Part shown: piece by piece, positions 38,835 to 56,272 of the stretch
How the letters are laid out: each line of letters opens with the position of its first letter
How positions within the stretch are numbered: the first letter of the stretch is position 1
From: an uncultured delta proteobacterium
GTDB lineage: Bacteria; Myxococcota_A; Polyangia; Haliangiales; Haliangiaceae
Length of the DNA: 64,000 nucleotides
Assembly: GCA_963848295.1 (NCBI GenBank)
Contig: CAWKDB010000010.1
Location: 640,001-704,000 of the forward strand
Direction: 5' to 3'
The notes under the pieces: generated by a model
The model's input: only the letters and a program-made list of their open reading frames with translations
What the model was told of the DNA's origin: nothing
Databases searched by the model: none
Position numbers and translations under genes: made by a program

Positions 38835-39395
38835 ATGCGCTTCCTGGTGCCGGTGTTTCATACGCCGACCGCATGTGCGGGCGCGGCGACCGCGTATCTC
38901 CTCCGCCGGATCGCCTACCGCGCGGGCTCGTACGCCCCCGGCATTCAGGAGCACATCTTCCACGAGCTCAACACCTCGCGCGAAGGCGGCTCGATCGAGC
39001 GCGTCCAGGGCTGGTTCTCCCGGCGTTCGACCGCGCTGGCCGAGCTCGGCTATCGCCTGCAATGCCGGCGCGTCGCGGCTCAGACCCCGGAGTTGCTCGG
39101 CTGGGTCAAGGAAGGCCGCGGCTATCGCGGCGCGATGCTGGCGACCAACTACGGCAAGCTCCATCCGCCTGGCTCGTCGGGCAAGGACGTCCTCGACGAA
39201 GCCGTGGTCCACGCGGTCGGCATCACGGTCGATCGGCTCGACGCGAAGACCGACGAACAGCTCGTGATGATCGATCCGTGGCCAGGGGTGATCGGCGATG
39301 CGCCCGATCGCGGCAAGGTGTCGCCCGCGCTCGAAGCGGCACACCGAGCGCGCAACTACCACGCGCTCGTCTTCTACTGGTCCGGCTGGTCGTAG
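38835..39395 (+). CDS. Hypothetical protein, possible papain-like (C39-type) cysteine peptidase
   Basis: TACAGAA, HAVGI, MIDPW in Cys-His-Asp order; start could be GTG 38784. Confidence 0.55.
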   Translation: MRFLVPVFHTPTACAGAATAYLLRRIAYRAGSYAPGIQEHIFHELNTSREGGSIERVQGWFSRRSTALAELGYRLQCRRVAAQTPELLGWVKEGRGYRGAMLATNYGKLHPPGSSGKDVLDEAVVHAVGITVDRLDAKTDEQLVMIDPWPGVIGDAPDRGKVSPALEAAHRARNYHALVFYWSGWS

Positions 39396-39508
39396 AGCGA
39401 TTCGCGACATCGCTGCCCGGGTTTTCGATGAATGCGCTTTCTCGCCCGGGCTAACCGCGCGCGGGCGCTTCGCGACCGCGTGGTCCGGTTGCTGCTGATG
39501 CGGCCGGA

Positions 39509-40021
39509 ATGCATAAGTTAGCTCTCTTCACCACGTTCGTACTCGCTGTGGGCTGCGCGTCGAAGCCGGGTTCGGGCTCGGGCTCGGATGGTCCCGACTC
39601 GGGAGTTGCGGCGGCCTGCGCCCCCCACGGGTTCGAGATCTCGGGCGCGATGTCGTTCACGAGCGCGGTGTCGACGACCGCGACCCGCGACGGCGCGGTC
39701 ATCGGCGTGGTCGGCTTCGACACCACCGCGGCGTACGGCCTGTCGATCTACGACTCGCTGACCGCCGACCTCGACGGCGTCGGCGCGCATGACATCAGCA
39801 CGGCGCACGTCGACTTCCTCGAGATGCCGCCGAGCGGCGTGTGCGGTACGCCCGGCACGTGTCCCGGGTTCGTCGCGACGTCGGGTAGCTTCGTGGTCAG
39901 CTCGACGAGCCCGTATGCCGCGACATTCACGCTCGGCGATCTCTACGCCTACGACGGGTCGTCGACCGCGGTCGGCGCGGCGATGGCCGGTCAGGTCACG
40001 GGCTGCGTCGCGGTCGAGTAG
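39509..40021 (+). CDS. Putative lipoprotein
   Basis: MHKLALFTTFVLAVGC lipobox; Ser/Gly linker. Confidence 0.75.
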   Translation: MHKLALFTTFVLAVGCASKPGSGSGSDGPDSGVAAACAPHGFEISGAMSFTSAVSTTATRDGAVIGVVGFDTTAAYGLSIYDSLTADLDGVGAHDISTAHVDFLEMPPSGVCGTPGTCPGFVATSGSFVVSSTSPYAATFTLGDLYAYDGSSTAVGAAMAGQVTGCVAVE

Positions 40022-40027
40022 CAACGG

Positions 40028-41245
40028 TCATCGCCGGACGAGCACGATGCCGTGAGTGGCCGTCGCATCTCCGACGAGCGCGAGCGAACCGTCGAGGAAG
40101 CCACGCCAGACCGCGCCGAGGACGTCGCGGCGCCAGGTCGCGAGTGCGGGCAGCGCGGCGGTCGAGCCGAGGCCAGCTTCGTCGGCGGTCCGCGCGAACT
40201 CCTCGGCGTCGCCGCGGGTCGCGAGCAGGCGCGATGCGATCCGCGTGTCATCGGCGACGACGTGGGCGATCGCGAGCAGCAGCTCGGCCCAGCGTTGCGC
40301 GCGCATGCTCGGTGGATGCGACGGCTGCCGGGCGATCGCGTCGACCGCGCTGACGTCGGCGTTCGCGATCGCGTCCGCGATCTCGCCGGCGCGTTGCCGC
40401 GCGATCGGCGAGAGGCCCTTGGCGTTGCGCACCGCATTGCCGTCCGCGCGATGGCGCGCGAGCTCGATCAGCAGCTTCTCGGCGAGCACCTGGCCGAGCG
40501 GGCGATCGAGCTCGGTCGCGGTCCGAAACCGCCACGCCGCGAGCGCGACCCCAGCGGCGAGCCCAGCGCGATCGAGCATGCGCAAGCCGGCGATGCCACG
40601 CCACGCGGTCTCGACCGTCACGCTCGCCGCCTCGAGCGCATCGCGCGCGACCTCGGCGGTCTCTTCGCGCGCCCAGGCGACGCGCTCGCCGAGCTTGTCG
40701 CGCAGCAGCGCGTAGATCGCGTGCAGATGCGCGACGTCACCGGGCGCATAGTCGAGCTGCGCCGGCGACAACGGCCGGCGCGCCCAGTTCGTGCACTGCG
40801 AGCCCTTCTCGAGCTCGATGCCGAGCAGCTCGCGCGCGAGCGAGCCGAGCCCGACCTGATCGCCGATGCCGGCGAACGCGGCCATCAACTGCGTGTCGAC
40901 GAGGCCGGGCATCGTCGCGGCGTCGAGCCCGAACCGCTGCGCGAGCACCTGGAGGTCTTGGCGCGGCGCGTGCGCGACGACCATGCGATGCGCGGCGAGC
41001 GCGCGTACGACCGGCGCGACGTCGACCGCGAGCGGATCGAGCAGCCGGATCTCGGGCACCGCCGCGACGATCTGCCGCGCCGGCGCATCCAAGCTGACGT
41101 GCTCGCCCAACCACGCGACTTGAAGCAGGCACAGCTGCGGGACGAGCCGGTCCGACGACGCGAACTCGACATCGAACGCGACGAGCGGCGCGGTCGCGAG
41201 CGCCCGAGCCGTCGCGTCGACGTCGCCGACCTCTGTCACGAGCAC
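40028..41245 (-). CDS. rnd: Ribonuclease D (DEDDy exonuclease + HRDC)
   Basis: VAFDVEF, LCLLQV, HAPRQDL, DTQLMA, NWARRPLSPAQLDYA; start GTG 41245 supported by upstream TATCGT. Confidence 0.88.
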   Translation of the reverse strand: MLVTEVGDVDATARALATAPLVAFDVEFASSDRLVPQLCLLQVAWLGEHVSLDAPARQIVAAVPEIRLLDPLAVDVAPVVRALAAHRMVVAHAPRQDLQVLAQRFGLDAATMPGLVDTQLMAAFAGIGDQVGLGSLARELLGIELEKGSQCTNWARRPLSPAQLDYAPGDVAHLHAIYALLRDKLGERVAWAREETAEVARDALEAASVTVETAWRGIAGLRMLDRAGLAAGVALAAWRFRTATELDRPLGQVLAEKLLIELARHRADGNAVRNAKGLSPIARQRAGEIADAIANADVSAVDAIARQPSHPPSMRAQRWAELLLAIAHVVADDTRIASRLLATRGDAEEFARTADEAGLGSTAALPALATWRRDVLGAVWRGFLDGSLALVGDATATHGIVLVRR

Positions 41246-41307
41246 GGCCCACGATAACCCGCCCGCACGGCGCTCTGTTAGATTCGCAACCACCGAGGCA
41301 TGCATCA

Positions 41308-44099
<2,792 letters not shown>

Positions 44100-44118
<19 letters not shown>

Positions 44119-44158
44119 TCAACAGGCAACAGGCAACAGGCAACAGGCAGATGCCGGA
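44100..44158 (+). repeat. Left arm of long inverted repeat: (AATTGATC)2 + (AACAGGC)4
   Basis: gaagaaattgatcaattgatc aacaggc x4 agatgccgga. Confidence 0.95.
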
Positions 44159-44195
44159 GGTTTGCGGTGCCATGGATGGGCGTTGACGGTTTGGG

Positions 44196-44525
44196 TTAGC
44201 CGCCGGCGCGTGCGGTTCGGCGCGAGGCCATGAGGATCGCTGAGAGCTCGATGGCTTCGCTGCGGCACGTGCGACACCGGCAGGCTCGGCCAGCCCTTGC
44301 TCGATGAGGTTCAGCCAGTAGATCGTTTCGCGGAACTCTTTGCATGCGATGCCGACCTTGTGGATAAAGTCGGCCCGGCTCTCGGCCGCGCGCAGCTGCC
44401 TCACGATCGAGATGATGTCGGCCGCGACCCCCGTCGCGCGACGCGAAATGTTCTCGCCTCGTCGCAACGCGCTGCGCGCGCGCTCGTGCACGGCATCCTC
44501 GGCCAGCCTCCGCGCTATCCGGCAT
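44196..44525 (-). pseudogene. Four-helix-bundle protein (23S rRNA IVS-protein/Avd-like), frameshifted and apparently internally deleted
   Basis: RAAESRADFIHKVGIACKEFRETIYWLNLI, then other frame SEAIELSAILMASRRTA*; the usual QLxRSxxSxxANxxE segment is missing. Confidence 0.8.
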
Positions 44526-44568
44526 TGCCTGTTGCCTGTTGCCTGTTGATCAATTGATCAATTTCTTC
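44518..44568 (-). repeat. Right arm of long inverted repeat: (AATTGATC)2 + (AACAGGC)3
   Basis: Reverse complement reads gaagaaattgatcaattgatc aacaggc x3 aatgccgga. Confidence 0.95.
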
Positions 44569-44573
44569 TCCCC

Positions 44574-45938
44574 TCATTTTGGCTGAAAGCCTTTTCGATA
44601 GATGCGGATCTTCCTGCGAGGATGTAATCCCCACGCCCTCGCCCTATCCGCGAACGTCGACTTCGGCATCCCCATCGAGATCGCCGCCGCGCGAATCGAT
44701 CCATACGCCGCGAGCGCCTGCGCCATCGCGTGCATCAGCTTCGCGTCGTAGCCGCCCGGATCGGCCGGATCGACGAGCTCGCCGAGCGGCGGCGGTTCGG
44801 TGCCGATCGCCGCTCGGCTGCGGCCGAGGCCGAGATCCGGGAAGAAGTCGCCGCGCTCGAGCACCGAGCCACCGATCGCGACCGCGCGCGCGACCGCGTT
44901 GCGCAGCTCGCGGACGTTGCCCGGCCAGTTGTAGGCGGCGAGCGCGCGCCACGCGTCGTCGGAGACCGTACGCCGGCCGTGGTGGTCGGCGAGCTCGTCG
45001 AGCGTGACCTCGACCAGCTCGCCGAGGTCGGACATCCGTTCGCGCAGCGGCGGTAGCGCGAGCACGACGGTCGCGAGCCGATGATAGAGGTCGAGCCGCA
45101 GCCGCGCCGATTCGGTGCCGAGGCCGGACAGCTGGTTCGTCGCGGCGATGATCCGGACGTCGACCGCGCGATCGATCGAGCCGCCGACGCGACGGATGCG
45201 GCGCGTCTCGAGCGCGCGCAGCAGGGTCGGCTGGAGCTCGATCGGGAGCTCGCCGATCTCGTCGAGAAACAACGAGCCGGCGTTCGCTTCGACGAACACG
45301 CCGTCGCGCGCGTCGACCGCCCCGGTGAACGCGCCGCGCTCGTGACCGAACAGCTCCGAGCCGACGAGCTCGCGCGGGATCGCGCCGCAGTTGACCGCGA
45401 CGAACGGCGCCGGCGATCGCTTCGAGCCCTCGTGGACGATGCGCGCGATCAGCTCCTTGCCGGTGCCGGTCTCGCCGACGATCAGCACGTTGCAGTCGGT
45501 CTGCGCCGCGCGCAGCGCCTGCTCGACGACCGTCCGCAGCGCCGGATCGGAGCCGCGCAGCAAGTCGAGCGCGCGCGAGCGCGGCGCGCCGGGTGCGGCG
45601 GTCGCGACCAGCGTCGTGCGTCCGACCGTGAGGTACGAGCCGACGCGCAGGTCGGCGCCTTCGATCGGGTTGCCGTCGACGAACGTGCCGTTGCGCGACT
45701 TGCGATCGCGCACGACGAGCCCGCCGGCGGGTCGGCGCTCGAGCACGCAGTGCATGCCCGACACGAACGGATCGCGCACGACGACGTCACAGCTCGCGCC
45801 CGATCCGATCACCCATCGCCGCGACTCGCCGGCAAGCGCGTGGATCTCGCCGTTGATCAGCGCACGCAACCCGACGACGATCGCGGCGCGACGATCATCC
45901 TGCGCGAGGGCCTGCGTATCTCGCTCGCTAAAGCTCAT
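44574..45938 (-). CDS. FHA-domain sigma54-dependent transcriptional activator
   Basis: FHA (VIGSG...VSGMHC...SRNGTFV), GETGTGKE, GAFTGA, LFLDEIGE, WPGNVRELRN, C-terminal HTH; RBS GGAGG. Confidence 0.93.
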   Translation of the reverse strand: MSFSERDTQALAQDDRRAAIVVGLRALINGEIHALAGESRRWVIGSGASCDVVVRDPFVSGMHCVLERRPAGGLVVRDRKSRNGTFVDGNPIEGADLRVGSYLTVGRTTLVATAAPGAPRSRALDLLRGSDPALRTVVEQALRAAQTDCNVLIVGETGTGKELIARIVHEGSKRSPAPFVAVNCGAIPRELVGSELFGHERGAFTGAVDARDGVFVEANAGSLFLDEIGELPIELQPTLLRALETRRIRRVGGSIDRAVDVRIIAATNQLSGLGTESARLRLDLYHRLATVVLALPPLRERMSDLGELVEVTLDELADHHGRRTVSDDAWRALAAYNWPGNVRELRNAVARAVAIGGSVLERGDFFPDLGLGRSRAAIGTEPPPLGELVDPADPGGYDAKLMHAMAQALAAYGSIRAAAISMGMPKSTFADRARAWGLHPRRKIRIYRKGFQPK

Positions 45939-45980
45939 AACCGACCTCCGGTGCGCATATCGGACATGGCCGTGGCGGGT

Positions 45981-45996
45981 TGCCACAGATGTGCCG
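45981..45996 (-). promoter_or_regulatory. Candidate sigma54 -24/-12 promoter
   Basis: CGGCAC-ATCTG-TGGCA (GG-N10-GC) about 40 nt upstream of the activator ATG. Confidence 0.35.
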
Positions 45997-46071
45997 CGCC
46001 AAGTCGGCGGAATGTCGTCGACGTGCGTCCGGATTGTCCGAAATCGTGCGGGTCTGGCCGGCCGGGGGCCG

Positions 46072-46107
46072 AAAAGACAAAACGGCCAGCCGGTGAAGGC
46101 TGGCCGT
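46072..46107 (-). terminator. Rho-independent terminator
   Basis: 10-bp stem ACGGCCAGCC/GGCTGGCCGT followed on the minus strand by a T-rich tract, just downstream of the 46131 stop. Confidence 0.8.
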
Positions 46108-46130
46108 GGTCGCGTTAGCGACGAGCTCGG

Positions 46131-47375
46131 TTACTTGACCAGGCGCGCCGAGGTCATGTACGGGTGGCGGAGCTGCGGCAACCCGGCCGGGCGGTGCCGC
46201 CTGCCGAATTGCGTGGTCACCATCCCGGTGTCGGTGCTGACGCAACCGAACTCGACGCCACCGCAGTCAGCCGAGCCCGCGTTCGTGAACGCGCAGTTCG
46301 CGTCGTTGTCGGCGGTGGTGATCGGCAGAGCCCCGCACGCCGGGAACGCGGTGCCGTCCGAGGTCGTGCCCGAGGTACCCGTGAAGTGCAGCAACGTGTG
46401 GTCGAGGCAGAGGCCGACCGTGTTCGAGGTCTTCGACAACAGCACGCCGTCGGTGTCCTGCTCGAACCACCACGAGTAGATGCACTGGTCGCCGACGCCG
46501 AAGTGGCCGTTTGCGTCGGTTGCATCGCAGGCGTGCGGCGACGCACCGAGGTCCTGCACCATCGTCGTCGCGCAGTTCGTGCTGCCCTTGTAGCAGTCTT
46601 GCGGCGCGCAGACCGCGATACACACGAAGGTGTTGATGCCGGTCTGGTCATCCTGGATGTACGGGATGTAGCCCTGGGCGCAGCCGTTCTTGTACGCGTT
46701 CGCGCCGTCGGGGGTCGCGCAGCCGTTGGCCGAGGTGCACATCGAGCGATGGTCGAGCGTGGTGTTCGGCGCGCCTGCGCAGGTCCATGCCGTCGGAGCG
46801 CCCGAGCCGCCCGAGAAGCCGGGGAAGCAACCCTCGGTCTTACCGCAGACAATGCCGGTCTTCGGCGGGCTCACGCCCGACCCGTCGAGGAAGTCGTTGT
46901 CGGTGAGCGGATCACAAACCGGATCGCACACGCCGCCCGCTTCCATGTTCGGTGGGCCAAGGAAGCCGTAGTAGGTCTGGCAAGCGTGCGTGGCGTCGCA
47001 GGCCGGGGAGCCGGTCTCCGAGCAGATCTGCTTGCAAACGCCGCCGATGCACACGTCACCGGTCTCGCAGTTGTCATCGCCCGTGGCGTTCGAGCCGCCG
47101 GTGCCGTACTGACACGCGCCGCCGAGAGCGACGGTGCCATCCGCGGCGCAGCCGATGTGGCCGATGTCCGGGTTGCCGTTCGAGCCGTCCTGGTCGATGA
47201 ACCAGGTGCACTTCTGGCCCGGATCGCAGCCGGTCTGGGTCAGCACGTTGCAGGTGGGTGCGCTGTCAACGCCGCCGGTGTCTTGGAACGAGATGGCGTC
47301 GGGCTTCTCGCTGTTCTTGCACGCGGCCAGCAGGCCGATGCAGATCGATAGCGCCCCAATGGCTAGCTTCCTCAT
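46131..47375 (-). CDS. Cysteine-rich lipoprotein
   Basis: MRKLAIGALSICIGLLAAC lipobox; CNVLTQTGCDPGQKC and many Cys. Confidence 0.85.
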   Translation of the reverse strand: MRKLAIGALSICIGLLAACKNSEKPDAISFQDTGGVDSAPTCNVLTQTGCDPGQKCTWFIDQDGSNGNPDIGHIGCAADGTVALGGACQYGTGGSNATGDDNCETGDVCIGGVCKQICSETGSPACDATHACQTYYGFLGPPNMEAGGVCDPVCDPLTDNDFLDGSGVSPPKTGIVCGKTEGCFPGFSGGSGAPTAWTCAGAPNTTLDHRSMCTSANGCATPDGANAYKNGCAQGYIPYIQDDQTGINTFVCIAVCAPQDCYKGSTNCATTMVQDLGASPHACDATDANGHFGVGDQCIYSWWFEQDTDGVLLSKTSNTVGLCLDHTLLHFTGTSGTTSDGTAFPACGALPITTADNDANCAFTNAGSADCGGVEFGCVSTDTGMVTTQFGRRHRPAGLPQLRHPYMTSARLVK

Positions 47376-47452
47376 TAATTGTCTCCTCGAGCTCCGTTGG
47401 AAGTTCTGCCGCTGGGAATCGCCCCAAGTGCACGGCGGTTAAAGATGGCGGG

Positions 47453-47481
47453 ACCCTAACGATGTTGCCTCGGGGGGTCAA
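47453..47481 (-). promoter_or_regulatory. Sigma70-type promoter (TTGACC-N17-TAGGGT)
   Basis: Near-consensus hexamers with 17-nt spacer upstream of 47375. Confidence 0.6.
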
Positions 47482-47717
47482 GTCCAATTCGGGTCTTGAT
47501 CGTCCCCGTTCCGAGGTCCCTGTCATATGACGTCACCGACGGAGAAACGGCGATGATCAACGTCACGCGACAGCGGCGCCAGCGCTAACAAAACCTCGTC
47601 AACTGATGCGTCGAGTCGCACGCACTGCGCATGGTTTCGAGCGAATGATGAGGGTTAGCACCGTCGAGAAATGCGCCGGGCGATCCCGCTCGGCCGTCGC
47701 TGACGTAAGATGGCGCG

Positions 47718-49004
47718 GTGTCGGCCGAAGGAGGCATCCGCTTCGGTCAGTACGTCCTCCAGCGCCGGATCGCGCGCGGCGGCATGGCCGAGGTGTTCCT
47801 CGCCCAGCAGCACGGCCTCGAGGGTTTCGACCGGCGCGTCGCGGTCAAGCGGATCTTGCCGCACCTCGCGGACTCACCCGACTTCATCAAGATGTTCCTC
47901 GGCGAGGCCAAGCTCGCCGCGCAGCTCTCGCATCCGAACGTCGTCCATATCTACGAGTTCGGCAAGGTCGGCGCCGACTACTTCATCGCGATGGAGTATG
48001 TCGACGGCGTCAACACCGGCCAGCTGTGGAACTACGGCCAGACCGAGCGGCTGCCGGTCACGCTGGTCGCTCGGCTCGGCGCGGACGCCGCGACCGCGCT
48101 GCACTACGCGCACGAGCTGCGCGCGAACGGCAAGCCGCTCGGCCTGGTCCATCGCGACGTGTCGCCGGCGAACTTGATGGTGTCGTTCGACGGGGTCGTC
48201 AAGCTGTGCGACTTCGGCATCGCGAAGGCGGCCGCGATCGGCGATCAGCTGACGAACCCGGGCCAGGTCAAGGGCAAGTACGCGTACATGTCACCGGAGC
48301 AGACGGTCGGCTCGCCGCTCGACGGCCGGAGCGACGTGTTCTCGCTCGCGATCGTGCTGTGGGAGCTCGTGACCGGCAAGCTGATCGTCCGGCGCACCGA
48401 TGCGGTCGAGGCGATGCGCGCGATCCGCGACGGCCGGCTCGAGTCGATCGCGCGCGCGGCGCCGCACACACCGCCCGCGCTCGCCGAAGCGATCGAGTGG
48501 GCGCTCGAGACTCGGCGCGAAGGGCGAGCGACCGCCGCCGATCTCGCGCAAGCGCTCGAGGCGTTCATCAAGTCGGCGCCGGACATCGCAACCCCGATGC
48601 AGCTCGGCGCGTGGGTGCGGCAGCGCTTCACCCGCGATGCGACCGGCGAGGTCACGCCCGCGCCCGCGCGGACCGACGGCGCACGACCCGGGCCACACAC
48701 CGAGGTCGCATCGGTGACGCCGGAGTCCGACACCGCGGTCACGGTCGCGCTGATCCGGCCGCAATTGTCAGAGGCCGAGCTCGTCGCGACGCCCGGCGAT
48801 AGCGCGATCGCGCCGCCGCCGGCCGCGATCCAGCCGACCGCGATCGTCGCGCCGCTGCCCGCGCGCGCATCGGGGCGCAAGGCCGACCGCCGCGCGGCAA
48901 CCCGGCTCGCGGTGCGCCGCCAGCGCACGCGCCGGATCGTCGCGATCGCTGGCCTGGTCGTGCTCGCGGTCGCGAGCTTCCTGATCGCGCTCGCGGTGCT
49001 GTAG
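47718..49004 (+). CDS. Ser/Thr protein kinase with C-terminal TM helix
   Basis: IARGGMAEV, VAVKRI, HRDVSPAN, DFGIAK, YMSPEQ. Confidence 0.95.
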   Translation: MSAEGGIRFGQYVLQRRIARGGMAEVFLAQQHGLEGFDRRVAVKRILPHLADSPDFIKMFLGEAKLAAQLSHPNVVHIYEFGKVGADYFIAMEYVDGVNTGQLWNYGQTERLPVTLVARLGADAATALHYAHELRANGKPLGLVHRDVSPANLMVSFDGVVKLCDFGIAKAAAIGDQLTNPGQVKGKYAYMSPEQTVGSPLDGRSDVFSLAIVLWELVTGKLIVRRTDAVEAMRAIRDGRLESIARAAPHTPPALAEAIEWALETRREGRATAADLAQALEAFIKSAPDIATPMQLGAWVRQRFTRDATGEVTPAPARTDGARPGPHTEVASVTPESDTAVTVALIRPQLSEAELVATPGDSAIAPPPAAIQPTAIVAPLPARASGRKADRRAATRLAVRRQRTRRIVAIAGLVVLAVASFLIALAVL

Positions 49005-49028
49005 TCGGAACGGCGTCAGCGCTCGGCG

Positions 49029-49121
49029 CGGTTGACAAAGATTCCTCCGTCCCCGGCTAACCCCGCCTGATCACAGGCTGGTGCTCCATCGGACCGGTTG
49101 ACAAAGATTCCTCCGTCCCCG
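49029..49121. repeat. Two identical 27-bp direct repeats separated by 39 bp (REP-like)
   Basis: CGGTTGACAAAGATTCCTCCGTCCCCG at 49029-49055 and 49095-49121 between convergent genes. Confidence 0.9.
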
Positions 49122-49128
49122 TCCCCCG

Positions 49129-50127
<999 letters not shown>

Positions 50128-50175
50128 GGGCCCGGGTGTACTGCGATCGGCGCGCGCCGTCTAGCGCGCGGCACC

Positions 50176-50559
50176 CTACCCGCGCTCGATGATCGCGCGC
50201 AGCTCGTCGGGCAGCTTCCGCGGCCGACCATCGAGCCCGACCACCGCGTGGCGGGTCGCCCCGTCAGCGATCAGATCCGCGCCGCGCCGTACGCTGTACG
50301 CGAACCGCAGCGAGGCGTGGCGCAGCTCGGAGATCTCGGTGTGGACGTCGAGCAGGTCCTCGTAGCGCGACGGCTTCTTGTAGGCGCAGTGCGCCTCGAC
50401 CACCGGCAGCGCGACGTTCCACGCCTCGATGTCCTTGTGGGTGCGACCGAGCGACCGCCAGTACTCCGCGCGCGCACCCTCGAAGATCCGCAGGTAGTTC
50501 GCGTAGTAGACGACGCCCATCTGGTCGGTGTCGCCGAAGATCACGCGGATAGTGATAGA

Positions 50560-50563
<4 letters not shown>
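50176..50563 (-). CDS. YbgC/FadM-family acyl-CoA thioesterase (one +1 insertion near 50551)
   Basis: IRVIFGDTDQMGVVYYANYL; ATG 50563 overlaps the hom stop (ATGA) but is one base out of frame. Confidence 0.88.
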
Positions 50564-54311
<3,748 letters not shown>

Positions 54312-54388
54312 GGCGGTCTCCTGTTCAGCTGCGGAGTGTGTCCGGTAATCGCTGCCAGATGCGGTGACTTAAGCCACCGCGCGGTCGT

Positions 54389-56230
54389 TTAATCCTGGAG
54401 GTCACAATTCGGGTCGCTGGGGTGGCCGTCGCAGTACTGCGCGCGGCAGTGCTTGTCGTGTGGGTCCTTCACGACCTTCGAGCAGTCGGGGTGTCCAGGC
54501 GGCGGGGGATGATTCGTTAGAACGTTCGGATGGCCGGAGTCCGGAATCCGTTCGAGCGAGACCACGAGTTTCTTGGTCTTGCCGTCGATCGTGACGGTCT
54601 TGTCCTTGTAGCCAGCGCGCTTGATCACGACGGTGCGCGGCGTGCCGGGCGTGATGTCGATGTTGTCCGGGCCGTCGAACAGCTTCTTGCCAGCTTCCAC
54701 CACCGCGAACGCGCCGACGTACGGCTTGGTCTCGATCAGGATTTCGAGCGCCGCGGGGGTCGCGGCCGAGCCCGCCGAGCCGCTGCCATCGCTCGGCACG
54801 GTCGCCGACCCAGACCCGTTGCTGCCCGTGCCTGGCACCGTCGCCGACCCCGAGCCGTTGCTGCCCGTGCTCGGCCCGGTCGCCGACCCCGAGCCGTTGC
54901 TGCCCGTGCTCGGCACCGTCGCCGACCCCGAGCCGTTGCTGCCATCGTGATCGGGCGGCGTCGTGCTGCCCGACCCGGGCCTCGGATCGTTCGTCGCGAC
55001 CGCGCTGCCGCTGCCGCCCTTGCCGCTCTGGCCGACGAGCACGACCGCGGTGATGCCGCCGCCCACGGCGAGCAGCGCGACGATCGCGATGATGAGGCCG
55101 GTCTTGCTCTTGCGAGCGACGTCGACGACGTGCGCACTCGGGTCGTAGAGCGGCGCGCCACCGGTCTGCGCGGCCTGCGCCGGTAGAAACGGCTGGCTGC
55201 CCGACGGGCTCGCCGCGATCGTCTGCTGATACGAATTGAGCTGCGGCACGCCGGTCATCGGGGCCGGCGTCGGTTGCGACATGTGCGGGACCGCCGCCAT
55301 GTACGTGCTCATCCCCGGGCCGGCGATGCCGCGATAGATCGCGACGAGCGCGTTGACGAGCTCGTCCATCGTCTGGAAGCGCTGCGCCGGATTCTTCTGC
55401 ATCGCGCGCGTGACGATCTCGGCGATGCCGGGCGGCGGGTTTCGACCGGCGCGCGCCGCGCGTTGCGCGAACGGCTCGGGCTCGCTCGTGATGTGCTGCG
55501 TGAGGATGCCCATGAACGACTCGCCTTGAAACGGCAGCGAGCCGCTGAAAGCCTCGTACATGATCACGCCCATCGCGTAGATATCGGTGCGGGCGTCGAC
55601 CGGGTTGCCGAGCGCCTGCTCCGGCGCCATGTAGAACGGCGTGCCGAAGATCGTGCCGGTGCGGGTCAGGTGGTTCTGACCATCGTTGCCGGAGACCTTC
55701 GCGATGCCGAAGTCGAGGATCTTCGGGATGTCTTCGCCCTGCGGCCCGATCGTGACGAAGATGTTCTCGGGCTTCATGTCGCGGTGGATGATGTTCTTCG
55801 CGTGCGCGGCGGCGAGCCCGTGACCGGTCTGGATCAAGATGTTCAACATCCGATCGACCGGCATCGGTTGCAGCAGCATGTCGTTCAAGGCAGCTCCGTT
55901 GAGGAGCTCCATGCACATGTAGATCCGGCCGTCGGCGAGCTGATTGAAGTCGTCGATCGCGATGATGTTGCGGTGTCCGATCGACGAGCTCGACCGCGCC
56001 TCTTGCTGGAAGCGCTTGACCGCTTCGGCGTTGCTCACGATCTCGGCTTTGAGCAGCTTGACCGCGTACTTCTTCTCGATGTGGATGTGCTCGGCCGCGT
56101 AGACCTCGCCCATCCCGCCCTCGCCGATCAGCTTGAGGATGCGGTAACGCCCATCGAGGATCTGACCGACCAACGATGGCTTATCGACAGGCGCCATCGA
56201 TCCGGATGCCGGAGGTCCGTCAAAGCTCAT
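54389..56230 (-). CDS. Transmembrane Ser/Thr protein kinase with repeat linker and PEGA-like domain
   Basis: [44 protein letters not shown]. Confidence 0.95.
   Translation of the reverse strand: MSFDGPPASGSMAPVDKPSLVGQILDGRYRILKLIGEGGMGEVYAAEHIHIEKKYAVKLLKAEIVSNAEAVKRFQQEARSSSSIGHRNIIAIDDFNQLADGRIYMCMELLNGAALNDMLLQPMPVDRMLNILIQTGHGLAAAHAKNIIHRDMKPENIFVTIGPQGEDIPKILDFGIAKVSGNDGQNHLTRTGTIFGTPFYMAPEQALGNPVDARTDIYAMGVIMYEAFSGSLPFQGESFMGILTQHITSEPEPFAQRAARAGRNPPPGIAEIVTRAMQKNPAQRFQTMDELVNALVAIYRGIAGPGMSTYMAAVPHMSQPTPAPMTGVPQLNSYQQTIAASPSGSQPFLPAQAAQTGGAPLYDPSAHVVDVARKSKTGLIIAIVALLAVGGGITAVVLVGQSGKGGSGSAVATNDPRPGSGSTTPPDHDGSNGSGSATVPSTGSNGSGSATGPSTGSNGSGSATVPGTGSNGSGSATVPSDGSGSAGSAATPAALEILIETKPYVGAFAVVEAGKKLFDGPDNIDITPGTPRTVVIKRAGYKDKTVTIDGKTKKLVVSLERIPDSGHPNVLTNHPPPPGHPDCSKVVKDPHDKHCRAQYCDGHPSDPNCDLQD
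54791..54943 (-). repeat. 39-bp tandem repeat, about 4 copies, encoding [13 protein letters not shown]
   Basis: GTCGCCGACC recurs at 54801, 54840, 54879, 54918. Confidence 0.9.
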
Positions 56231-56272
56231 GTGCGCATCATTATAACGCGCGAGCCCGGGCATTGCTGGCAG

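Noticed and set aside
49029..49121. Bona fide CRISPR array
   Set aside because: Only two repeats, with no cas genes, no AT-rich leader and no typical repeat terminus. Kept as a repeat finding.
54791..54943. 39-bp repeats as a CRISPR or non-coding array
   Set aside because: They are in-frame tandem repeats without spacers, encoding a Gly/Ser linker of the kinase.
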